Assembly: GCA_031413895.1 (NCBI GenBank)
Contig: JANOFY010000623.1
Span: 1-33,146 of the forward strand
Source: Planctomycetota bacterium
Lineage (GTDB): Bacteria > Planctomycetota > UBA1135 > GCA-002686595
Length of the DNA stretch: 33,146 nucleotides
Direction of reading: 5' to 3'
Under the pieces are notes generated by a model, which searched no databases, was not told the DNA's origin, and was given only the letters and a program-made list of their open reading frames with translations. Positions within the stretch are counted from its first letter, which is position 1. Each line of letters begins with the position of its first letter. This document shows positions 8,809-16,858 of this stretch, in pieces. Made by a program: the position numbers and the translations under genes.

Positions 8809-9171
8809 GGAAGGGCGGGCCGTGGAGGGGCGTTCTTTGGTTATTGTTTCGGAGTCAAGCATAGTTGTTCGGCCGCGAAGCATAGGCAACTGAAGATCTA
8901 GATCAACTCAGGAGCACTCTAACGTTGATCCCCGGGCCGAAGCGATCCCGAAGGCGCGCGCAGTGCGGAATCCTCCCGCTCGTGCAACACGCGGGTCGAC
9001 AGCGGCGCGCCGAAGGGTTCGCAGCTGCGAAAGAGGGTGACCCAGGCATGTCGAGTTGGAACCGGGCACTGGAGTGGCTCCGTGGCCTGGGGTCCGTGCT
9101 CGGAAACTCCTCCGCGACCGAAAGGCCCTCGCCAATGCACGGTGGTCGGCGCCCGCTACGATGACGTGCCC

Positions 9172-9984
9172 ATGACCAAGCCGGCGTCCGACAGTTCGTT
9201 CACCGAGGACGTGGCGGCTTTCTACGAGTCGAGCCTCGTACCGCTCATCTTCGCGCCCTACGCGGACGAGCTCGCAGCCAGGGCACAGGCCCTCCATCCC
9301 ACTTCGGTGCTCGAAGTCGCGTGCGGCACGGGCGTGGTCACCCGCGCACTCTCCAAATTCCTCTCCGCGGCGTGTGCGATCACGGCGACCGACCTGAACG
9401 AGGCGATGGTCGCTCACGCGGAACGGGTGGGCACGATCAGGCCGGTGACCTGGCGGCAGGCCGACGCGCTGGCACTCCCGTACGCCAACGAGTCCTTCGA
9501 CGTCGTCATCTGCCAGTTCGGAGTCATGTTCTTCCCAGATCGCGTGGCCGCCTATCGAGAGATCCGACGGGTGCTGCGCCCCGGCGGCACGTTCCTGTTC
9601 AACGTCTGGAACGGCCTCGAGGACAACGAGTTCGCCGACGTGGTCACCACCGCCGTGGGCACGCTCTATCCCAACGACCCTCCGCTTTTCCTGGCCCGCA
9701 CTCCCCACGGCCACGGACGTCCCGAAGAAATCGAGTCCGACGTGCAAGCCGCAGGTTTCGACCGGTGCTCCCTGAGCCGACGTGACGACATCAGCACCGC
9801 CGCCGGTCCGCACGTGCCAGCGATCGCATACTGTCGTGGCACCCCGCTCCGCAACGAGATCGAGGCCCGCGACCCGGGTGGCCTCGAACGAGCGACGGCA
9901 ATCGCTACGGCAGCCCTCCGCGCCCGCTACGGCGATGGGCGAATTGAAGGACGAATCAGTGCGGTGGTGGTCGCCGCCAGCTGA
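9172..9984 (+). CDS. Class I SAM-dependent methyltransferase (Methyltransf_11-like), ~270 aa
   Basis: Motif I VLEVACGTGVVT. Post-I acidic residue. Motif LRPGGTFLFNVW. ATG at 9172 (MTKPASD…). The upstream part of the track ORF is Arg/Gly-rich read-through. Confidence 0.75.
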   Translation: MTKPASDSSFTEDVAAFYESSLVPLIFAPYADELAARAQALHPTSVLEVACGTGVVTRALSKFLSAACAITATDLNEAMVAHAERVGTIRPVTWRQADALALPYANESFDVVICQFGVMFFPDRVAAYREIRRVLRPGGTFLFNVWNGLEDNEFADVVTTAVGTLYPNDPPLFLARTPHGHGRPEEIESDVQAAGFDRCSLSRRDDISTAAGPHVPAIAYCRGTPLRNEIEARDPGGLERATAIATAALRARYGDGRIEGRISAVVVAAS

Positions 9985-10016
9985 GCATTCGATGCAACGC
10001 GGCGGCGAGCGAGAGA

Positions 10017-10094
10017 TGGTGACCCCAAGGGGATTTGAACCCCTGTCGCCAGGATGAAAACCTGGTGTCCTAGGCCTGGCTAGACGATGGGGCC
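10017..10094 (-). tRNA. tRNA-Glu (anticodon UUC), CCA encoded
   Basis: Reverse complement reads GGCCCCATCGTCTAG…CCAGG-TTTTCAT-CCTGG…AGGGGTTCAAATCCCCTTGGGGTCACCA. Cloverleaf with anticodon loop UU-UUC-AU. Close to E. coli tRNA-Glu. Ends ±2 nt. Confidence 0.85.
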
Positions 10095-10192
10095 ACCCGT
10101 GATCGGCACCGCAGCGGGCCTAGTCGCCGCGGAATTGGCCGCGGAACATTACTGGCGCGCCCGAGAGCTGTCAACGGACCGGCCCGCGGCGG

Positions 10193-11449
10193 TCAGGCGC
10201 GCGTCCAGTTCGCGCGCTCGAGGACCTGCATCACGTGCCGGTATTCGCGCTCGAGCCCGTCGACGAGCTCCCGAGCGCTGCGCGTGTGGCCGGGAAGGAC
10301 GTCCCAGGTGTACGTCTCGATCTCGACGTGCAGCTCGTCCGTGCCCCAGGACGCCGGACGTGCGAGCGCTTCCGAGAGGATCGCGTCCGCGTGCGCGCGC
10401 GTCGTCGCGAGCCCGCCCGAGCGCTCGAGATCGACGGGCACGTGGAAGTGACACCGCCACTCGTCGCAGCTCTCCCAGCGCGCGCGCTCGGATGAGCTCG
10501 CGAGAGCCCGGGCGAGCTCCGGCAGATCGTCTACCTCGACGCGCCCACTCGGCCCCCGGCCCGTGACCTGGTGCAGATAGCGCGGCTCGTCGCACGCCAA
10601 GAGCTCGGCGACGCCGCGCGCATCGTGACCCGGCGCACGGAGTGCCAGCGCGCTCGAGAATTGGATCTTGCCGATCGGACCGTGAGCGCTGCACAGCGCG
10701 AGCGCGTCGGCGGGTGTCTCGAACTCGACCGCGGAATGGCAGGTATCGAGACACGTGCCGAGGTAACGCTTGGTCTCCCGCTCCGCTGCCTTGAAGATCG
10801 AGGACACGCGCCCGAGGAATCGCTGGAGCATCGCGTTGTCGCCCGCGGTCGCGCGCGGCTCGGCTTCGACGGCGAGCACGAGCCGCACGCCCGTCGTACG
10901 CTCGACGTCCGCGAACTCGATCGCGGCGCGCCCCAAGTTTACTGCGCAGCGCGCGAGGTCCGCGTCGTGGCGCACCGCGCGACCGAATGCGCCGCTGTGC
11001 GTGCTGATCGAGACGTGCGCAGGTTGGGCGAGCCCGCCGACGACTTGTGCGATGTGCGCGGCAACGCGCGCGACGTCGCGCGTGAACGACACGCGGCGTT
11101 CGTCCATCCACGTCGGCTCGAAGACGCGCTCTTTGAGAGATCCGCCATGGAACCCGCCGAACGGGAACGCGTTGTACGTGAACGGATCGAGCCGCTCGCG
11201 GGCGAGGAATTGCCCGAAGTCGTCCAAGTCGCGCGCGCCGGCCGGAGATGCGAGCGCGTGCGCCACGGCGCCGGACAAGTAGAGCCCCACGCCGAACGGT
11301 TCTCGCTCGCGCCGGATCCGATCGCGCAGTGGCAGCGTGATCTCGTTAATGCCCGCGCGCACCTCGTCGAGCGTGTCCGCCGCGTGCACGTTGAGGCAGT
11401 AGGCAAGACGCACGCGCCGTCCCGGATGCTGGGCGTGCTGCCAGAGCAT
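10193..11449 (-). CDS. Xylose-isomerase-like TIM-barrel protein (sugar-phosphate isomerase/epimerase family), 418 aa
   Basis: Motifs AYCLNVH, NAFPFGGFHGG, LGTCLDTCHSAVEF, IETYTWDV are typical of metal-dependent TIM-barrel (AP-endonuclease-2/xylose-isomerase-like) enzymes. ATG at 11447-11449 (MLWQHAQ…); the 131 upstream residues in the track are Arg/Gly-rich read-through. Confidence 0.55.
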   Translation of the reverse strand: MLWQHAQHPGRRVRLAYCLNVHAADTLDEVRAGINEITLPLRDRIRREREPFGVGLYLSGAVAHALASPAGARDLDDFGQFLARERLDPFTYNAFPFGGFHGGSLKERVFEPTWMDERRVSFTRDVARVAAHIAQVVGGLAQPAHVSISTHSGAFGRAVRHDADLARCAVNLGRAAIEFADVERTTGVRLVLAVEAEPRATAGDNAMLQRFLGRVSSIFKAAERETKRYLGTCLDTCHSAVEFETPADALALCSAHGPIGKIQFSSALALRAPGHDARGVAELLACDEPRYLHQVTGRGPSGRVEVDDLPELARALASSSERARWESCDEWRCHFHVPVDLERSGGLATTRAHADAILSEALARPASWGTDELHVEIETYTWDVLPGHTRSARELVDGLEREYRHVMQVLERANWTRA

Positions 11450-11469
11450 GGCTTCGCGCGTCGTGGGCG

Positions 11470-11715
11470 CTAAACGGGAATGCCTTCGTCGATCAAGAGC
11501 ACCGGGATCCCGTCGCGGATCGGGTACACGATCTGGCCGTCCTGCCGCACGAGCCCGCCCTCGAGCGGCTCCTTCACCGCCGCGCCCGACTTGTTGCGCG
11601 CGGCGTTCGCGCGAATCTTGTCGTTGATGCGTTGCAGGAGCGCCGCGCTCGCTTCCTCGAGCGGCTGGTGGCTCTCCGGGCAGGCGAGGATTTGCAGCAG
11701 GTCCTTGTCGATCAC
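11470..11715 (-). CDS. Trm112/YcaR-like small zinc-ribbon protein (DUF343/UPF0434), 81 aa
   Basis: VIDKDLLQILACPESHQPLEE…DGQIVYPIRDGIPVLLIDEGIPV matches the Trm112 family signature (LLxILxCP…YPIRDGIPVLL). GTG start at 11713-11715 with AGG 9 nt upstream. Sits 21 nt upstream of the TIM-barrel gene. Confidence 0.7.
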   Translation of the reverse strand: MIDKDLLQILACPESHQPLEEASAALLQRINDKIRANAARNKSGAAVKEPLEGGLVRQDGQIVYPIRDGIPVLLIDEGIPV

Positions 11716-11843
11716 GGGATGGCCTCGGGGGGGCCTGGAGATCCTCGCCGACCGGACTCCTCGGCTCAAGAGCGAGGAACGCGACGAGATCGCGGGCGCC
11801 GTGGCTTGACACACTCGGCGAGGCGTCCGAGCCTTGGGCCACG

Positions 11844-12953
11844 ATGTGGAGCGCGAGCCTGACGTCCGTGTTCGCGATCGCGGCCCTGCAGCAGCCGACG
11901 ATCGACGCGACGCCCGTCGAGCGAGTCTCGATCGAGCTACCGGGCGGCGCGATCGCGCGCGCGCTCGAGGCTCTCGCGCCCGATGCGCAGCCGATCGACC
12001 TCCCGGCCGCGCTCGGCGCCCCCGGCCGCGTCCCAGGACCGCCGGCTGACGCATGGAATCAACCCGGAACGTGGACGCGCTGGGCGGCGCTCCTCGACGC
12101 CGAGTCGCGCGCGAGCACGCCCGACCCGGTGCGCCGCGGCGAACTCGCGCTGCTGGCACTCGAGCAAGCGCGCTGGGACGACGCGTGGCGTGAGCTCGAA
12201 GTCTGCGCCGCGAGTCCCGGCTGGCTCGCGGCTCTCTTGCCGCGCTTTCTCCCGGGAGCGCCCGCGGGCAGTCCCGCCGCACCCGGCGGACGCACGGGCC
12301 GATTGCCGGACGGCGTCACGCTCGCACCGAGCCTCCCCCCGAGCACCCGCGGCGCGCCCGTCGGCCGCGTCGACCGCCGCGCGATGAGGATCGACGATCT
12401 CGCGATCGGCGACGCGGTCGTCGAGCTCACGGTCGCGGTCGAAGCCGAAGGCGTGCAAGTGGACGTCACCCATCGCTCGGGCGGTCCGGCGCGTTTTTCC
12501 CTGCGTATCCCCGAGCCCGACGATTTCGCGATCGCGCAGGAGTACGTCGACTGGTACCGCAAGGACGAGTTGCGCGTCGCGCACTCGATCGAGGTGAAGC
12601 CTGGCGATCCAACGCACACGTTCTACGGTCGCTTCGAGCCGCATTCCGTGCGTTTCAGCGCGCGATTGCCGACGCAGCTGAACGCGCAGCTTCAGACCGG
12701 GACGCTGTGGATCATCACGGGCGAGGAGCCCGGCGAACGGGCGCTGGCGCGCGAGATCGCGGAGAGTCTCGAAAAGGGTCCGCTGAAGATCGCCGCGCGC
12801 GCGCTGGGCGCGAGCGAGGCGCCGGCGGACGCGGAGTGGACCGGTGTGCGCCTCGATCTGCGCGACGCGAACGAGCGCCAACGCAAGCTCGCGTGGCTCG
12901 CGTCGTCCGTCGAACACTTCGCGCTGCGCGCGAAGGCCGCCGAGCCGCGCTGA
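11844..12953 (+). CDS. Hypothetical protein with N-terminal signal-like segment (369 aa), Ala/Pro/Arg-rich
   Basis: Long ORF with mostly GC3-biased codons. N-terminus MWSASLTSVFAIAALQQPTIDA. No recognisable motif. Opposite-strand ORFs in this region look spurious. Confidence 0.4.
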   Translation: MWSASLTSVFAIAALQQPTIDATPVERVSIELPGGAIARALEALAPDAQPIDLPAALGAPGRVPGPPADAWNQPGTWTRWAALLDAESRASTPDPVRRGELALLALEQARWDDAWRELEVCAASPGWLAALLPRFLPGAPAGSPAAPGGRTGRLPDGVTLAPSLPPSTRGAPVGRVDRRAMRIDDLAIGDAVVELTVAVEAEGVQVDVTHRSGGPARFSLRIPEPDDFAIAQEYVDWYRKDELRVAHSIEVKPGDPTHTFYGRFEPHSVRFSARLPTQLNAQLQTGTLWIITGEEPGERALAREIAESLEKGPLKIAARALGASEAPADAEWTGVRLDLRDANERQRKLAWLASSVEHFALRAKAAEPR

Positions 12954-13067
12954 TCGCGCGCCCGTGCGTTCGCGCGTTCGCCGCGTCATTGAATCGAAGG
13001 CTCCGTGCCGAGTACCCTCTCTCCGCGCGCATGTTCGTGTGGGAACGCGAACGAGGGAGATCGCTCG

Positions 13068-13637
13068 ATGAGCTGGACGATGGAAACTGTGTACCTCGGT
13101 TGCGCCGTCGCGGGCGGCAGCGTGCTCGTCTTGCAGACCGCGCTCCTGCTCTTCGGCGGTGACGACGGAGGTCATGCCGACCACGCGGACATCGGACACA
13201 CGGACAGCGGCGAGGCGCACGGTCACGACGCGACGTTCGGATTGCTGTCGGTGCGCACCGGCGCGGCATTCCTGGCGTTCTTCGGGCTCGCAGGCTGGGG
13301 CGGATCGCGCGCGGGATGGACCACGTCCGCGACGATCGGCACGGCGCTCCTCGCGGGCACCGTCATGCTGTTCGCGGTGGCGTACCTGTTCAGCTTGCAG
13401 CGCAAGCTCTACTCGCAGGGCAACGTGGATCCGCGCAACGCCGTCGGCCGTCCCGCGCGCGTGTACCTGAGAATTCCGGCCGCGAACTCCGGTAAGGGAA
13501 AAGTCACGGTGTCGATCCAGGGTCGCACCGTCGAGTTCATCGCGTGCACCACCGGCGCGGAGCTCGCCACCGGAAGCGAAGTGCGCATCGTCCGCCAAAT
13601 CACGCCCGACACGTTCGAAGTGGAACCGCTGAGCTAG
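13068..13637 (+). CDS. NfeD-like membrane protein, short form (YuaF-like), partner of flotillin
   Basis: ATG at 13068 with GAGGGAG Shine-Dalgarno. Two or three N-terminal TM helices. C-terminal OB-fold β-barrel segment (RVYLRIPAANSGKGKVTVSIQGRTVEFIACT…EVRIVRQI). Located immediately upstream of the flotillin gene. Confidence 0.75.
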   Translation: MSWTMETVYLGCAVAGGSVLVLQTALLLFGGDDGGHADHADIGHTDSGEAHGHDATFGLLSVRTGAAFLAFFGLAGWGGSRAGWTTSATIGTALLAGTVMLFAVAYLFSLQRKLYSQGNVDPRNAVGRPARVYLRIPAANSGKGKVTVSIQGRTVEFIACTTGAELATGSEVRIVRQITPDTFEVEPLS

Positions 13638-13648
13638 GACTTCCCGCC

Positions 13649-15301
13649 ATGCCCCCCCTCTTCCCCGCTCTCCTGCCTCAGGACCTGATCAGTGCCGACC
13701 TCGCGTGGCTGCTGATGGTCGTGTTCGGCGTCTTCATCGCGTTCAGCTTCTTGCTGGTGATCGCGCGCCGCTACAAGCGTTGTCCTTCGAACCGGATCCT
13801 CGTGATCTACGGCAAGACGAGCGTGGGCCGTTCCTCCAAGTGCCTGCACGGCGGCGGCGCGTTCGTGTGGCCGCTCGTCCAGAACTACGAGTACCTGTCA
13901 CTCGATCCGATCCAGATCGAGATCCCGCTGCAGGGCGCGCTCTCGATCGAAAACATCCGCGTGTCGGTGCCGAGCGTGTTCACCGTCGCGATCGGCATCG
14001 ACGACGAGACGATGAACAACGCGGCGATCCGCTTGCTCGGCCTCAAGACGCCCGACGTCATGAAGCAGGCCGAGGACATGATCTTCGGCCAGCTGCGCCA
14101 AGTGATCGCGTCGATGCGCATCGAGGAGATCAACAAGGACCGCGACATCTTCCTGTCGAAGATCCAGACGTCGCTCGAGCCCGAGCTGAAAAAGATCGGC
14201 CTCGTGCTGATCAACGTCAACATCAAGGACATCAGCGACGAGTCCGGCTACATCGAAGCGACCGGCAAGAAGGCCGCCGCCGAAGCGATCCAACAAGCGA
14301 ACATCGCCGTCGCGCAGCAAGTCAAGCTCGGCGCGATCGGCGTGGCCGAAGCCGAGCGCGATCGGATGATCGAGGTCGCGACCAACGAGAAGCTGCGCGA
14401 CATGGGCACGAAACAGGCCGAGCGCGAGCGCGCGGTGCGCCTGGCCGAGCTCGACAAGGAGCGCCAGATCGGTGAGCAGACGGCTGCGTACGAACAGGAA
14501 GCGCAGCTCCGCGAAGCCGAGCGCGCGATGCGCATCGCCGTCGCAGAAGCGAACGCCAAAGCCGTCACGGGCGAGAACAAGTCGAAGGCCGACATGGCGA
14601 CCGCGAACGCCACCTTGCGCGTGAAGGAGGCCGAGGCCTACCAACTCGGCGAGACGCGGCAACGCGAAGCGCAGGCCGCCGTGCTGGAAGCGCAGTACAA
14701 CGCGCAGACGCGCGCCGCCGAAGCGCAGGGACGGATGAACGAAGCGCAGAAGCGCGCCGAGCTCGAAGCGCTCGCGAAAGCGGTCAAGGCGCAAGTCATC
14801 GTCGAAGCCGAAGCGTCGGCCGAGAAACGGCGCATCGAAGCGCAGGGCGAAGCCGCCGCGATCTTCGCCAAGCTCGACGCCGAAGCGCGCGGCAACTACG
14901 AGATCCTGGCCAAGAAGGGCGACGGCTTGAAGCACATCGTGGAGAGCTGCGGCGGCGCGCAGGCGGCCTTCCAGATGCTGATGCTCGAGCACATCGACGC
15001 GCTGTCCAAGACGGCCGCGCAAGCGATCTCGAACGTCAAGTTCGACAAGATCGTCGTCTGGGACGGCGGCGGCGCGCCGGGCAGCGACTCCAACGCGACC
15101 GCGAGCTTTTTGCGCAGTCTCGCGGGCGCGCTCCCGCCGATGATGCACATGATGAAGGACATCGGCGGCGTCGAGATGCCCGCCTACTTCGGCAAGCTCG
15201 TGGAAGAAGCGGATGCGAGCGCGACTCCGCCGGCGGAACCCGCGGCCGCGACGGATTCTGCGGCCAATCGACGTGCGGACACGCCCGTCAAGGCCAGCTA
15301 G
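13649..15301 (+). CDS. floT: Flotillin / SPFH (band-7) domain protein, FloT/YuaG-like (550 aa)
   Basis: N-terminal TM helix. SPFH domain (…RILVIYGK…IQIEIPLQGALSIENIRVSVPSVFTVAIGIDD…). Very long Ala/Glu-rich coiled-coil (EA repeats) typical of flotillins. ATG at 13649, 11 nt after the nfeD stop. Confidence 0.9.
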   Translation: MPPLFPALLPQDLISADLAWLLMVVFGVFIAFSFLLVIARRYKRCPSNRILVIYGKTSVGRSSKCLHGGGAFVWPLVQNYEYLSLDPIQIEIPLQGALSIENIRVSVPSVFTVAIGIDDETMNNAAIRLLGLKTPDVMKQAEDMIFGQLRQVIASMRIEEINKDRDIFLSKIQTSLEPELKKIGLVLINVNIKDISDESGYIEATGKKAAAEAIQQANIAVAQQVKLGAIGVAEAERDRMIEVATNEKLRDMGTKQAERERAVRLAELDKERQIGEQTAAYEQEAQLREAERAMRIAVAEANAKAVTGENKSKADMATANATLRVKEAEAYQLGETRQREAQAAVLEAQYNAQTRAAEAQGRMNEAQKRAELEALAKAVKAQVIVEAEASAEKRRIEAQGEAAAIFAKLDAEARGNYEILAKKGDGLKHIVESCGGAQAAFQMLMLEHIDALSKTAAQAISNVKFDKIVVWDGGGAPGSDSNATASFLRSLAGALPPMMHMMKDIGGVEMPAYFGKLVEEADASATPPAEPAAATDSAANRRADTPVKAS

Positions 15302-15330
15302 CCGCGCGCACGCGATCACGGAGCGCCGGG

Positions 15331-15412
15331 TGGCGATCGCGGCGATCGGGCAGCGATCGCGGCGAACCGAGTAGCGATCGTGGCGGCCGGGTAGCGATCG
15401 CAGCGAACCGGC
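15331..15412. repeat. Four tandem ~20-bp imperfect repeats; consensus (t)AGCGATCGCGGCGAACCGGG with a palindromic GCGATCGC-like core
   Basis: GCGATCG(C/T/G) cores read directly at about 15334, 15354, 15375 and 15395 (period ~20-21 bp), plus a degenerate copy at 15342. Lies between the floT stop (15301) and a hairpin+T5 terminator. Confidence 0.6.
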
Positions 15413-15420
15413 GCTAACTT

Positions 15421-15442
15421 GGCCGCCCGCGGCCGGGTTTTT
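15421..15442 (+). terminator. Putative rho-independent terminator of the nfeD-floT operon
   Basis: GGCCG-cccg-CGGCC hairpin (5-6 bp GC stem) followed by GGGTTTTT at 15435-15442. Confidence 0.5.
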
Positions 15443-15483
15443 CGACCGCGCTGCCCGGCCGAGCGTCGGGCGACGACTCGGCG

Positions 15484-16836
15484 ATGTACAGAAAGCACCG
15501 AGAGCGCCTCCTCGAAGTTCTGGCGAGCGCGCGCGCGGCGGCGGTCGTCGCGACGAGCGAGCACAAGATCCGCAATCACGACTGCGAGTACCGCTTTCGC
15601 CCCGACAGCGACTTCTGGTACCTGACGGGATTCGCCGAGCCCGAGTCGGTGCTCGTGCTCCTGCCGGGCACGGGCTCGGATGCGCCGCGCAACGGCCGCA
15701 CGAACGTCGGCCCGCGGAGCGTGCTCTATCTGCGCGATCACGATCGTGACCGCGAAATCTGGACGGGGCGTCGATTGGGAGTCGCGGCGGCGCCGGCGGC
15801 ACTCGGCGTCGACGAGGCGCGGCCGATCGAAGCCCTGTGGCGCGAGCTGCCGGAGCTCCTGAAGAACTACGAGCGGATCGTCTACCGCGTCGGGCTCGAC
15901 GAGGCGCGCGACCGCAACATGATGAAGACGATCGAGCGGCTGCGCCTGCAGGCGAAGAGCGGCGTCAACCCGCCGCTCGAGCTCTGCGATCCACAGCCGT
16001 ACACGCATGAGTTGCGACTGATGAAGACCGCGGCGGAGATCGACGTCATGCGCCGTGCCGCAGCGATCTCGCGCGAAGCGCACGTCGCTGCGATGCGCGG
16101 CACGCGTCCGGGGATGCGCGAGCTCGAGGTCGAGGCGCTGCTGGAGTACACGTTCCGCCGCCTGGGCAGCACGGGCCCCGCCTACGCGAGCATCGTCGCC
16201 GGCGGCGCGAACGCGTGCATCCTGCACTACGTCGAGAACGATCAGGTGCTGCGCGACGGAGATCTGCTCCTCATCGACGCGGGCGCCGAGCACGAGTACT
16301 ACGCGTCGGACGTCACGCGCACGTTCCCGGTGAACGGTCGATTCAACGCCGAACAACGCGCGCTGTACGAGCTCGTCCTCGAAGCGCAGATCGCCGCGAT
16401 CGACGCCGTGCGTCCCGGCGTGCACTTCGTCGCGATCCACGAACTCGCGGTCGAAATCCTGTGCACCGGCCTCGTCAAGCTGGGCCTGCTCGCGGGTCCG
16501 GTCGACAAAGCGCTGCGCAGCGAGTCGTACAAGCGCTTCTACATGCACCGCACGAGCCATTGGCTCGGCCTCGACGTGCACGATTGCGGCGCGTACTTGG
16601 AGAGCGGAGCCTCGCGCAAGCTCGAGGCAGGGATGGTGCTCACCGTCGAGCCGGGCCTGTACGTCGCACCCGACGACGATGCCGTCGACGCGCGCTGGCG
16701 CGGCATCGGCATACGCATCGAGGACGACGTGCTCGTGACCGCCGCGGGGCACGAGGTGCTCACGGCGGGGATTCCGAAGACCGTGGACGAAGTCGAGGCC
16801 ACGTGTCAGGGACGCGCGCTCGAGCGCATCCGCTGA
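15484..16836 (+). CDS. pepP: Xaa-Pro aminopeptidase (M24B; AMP_N + pita-bread catalytic domain)
   Basis: N-terminal FRPDSDFWYLTGF motif. Metal-ligand motifs …LLLIDAGAEHEYYASDVTRTFPV…, HRTSHWLGLDVHD, LTVEPGLY, GIRIEDDVLV. The overlapping antisense 556-aa ORF is spurious. Confidence 0.9.
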   Translation: MYRKHRERLLEVLASARAAAVVATSEHKIRNHDCEYRFRPDSDFWYLTGFAEPESVLVLLPGTGSDAPRNGRTNVGPRSVLYLRDHDRDREIWTGRRLGVAAAPAALGVDEARPIEALWRELPELLKNYERIVYRVGLDEARDRNMMKTIERLRLQAKSGVNPPLELCDPQPYTHELRLMKTAAEIDVMRRAAAISREAHVAAMRGTRPGMRELEVEALLEYTFRRLGSTGPAYASIVAGGANACILHYVENDQVLRDGDLLLIDAGAEHEYYASDVTRTFPVNGRFNAEQRALYELVLEAQIAAIDAVRPGVHFVAIHELAVEILCTGLVKLGLLAGPVDKALRSESYKRFYMHRTSHWLGLDVHDCGAYLESGASRKLEAGMVLTVEPGLYVAPDDDAVDARWRGIGIRIEDDVLVTAAGHEVLTAGIPKTVDEVEATCQGRALERIR

Positions 16837-16858
16837 GCGGACGGCGACTTCGCCACGC

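Noticed and set aside
8890-9171. Sigma-54 promoter upstream of the glutamine synthetase gene (classical NtrC target)
   Set aside because: Checked TTGC occurrences on the minus strand. None has GG at the required −24 spacing.
10193-11842. 549-aa version of the TIM-barrel ORF (131-aa N-terminal extension) that would overlap the Trm112-like gene
   Set aside because: The extension is Arg/Gly/Pro-rich read-through in a different frame from Trm112. An internal ATG at 11447-11449 gives a sensible start 21 nt after the Trm112 stop.
12954-13067. Inverted CGTTCGCG / CGCGAACG segments ~70 bp apart upstream of nfeD
   Set aside because: Short (8 bp) GC-rich matches expected by chance at this composition. 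No supporting context.
11937-13598. 553-aa minus-strand ORF spanning the hypothetical protein and nfeD
   Set aside because: Arg-rich nonsense translation overlapping two better-supported plus-strand genes.
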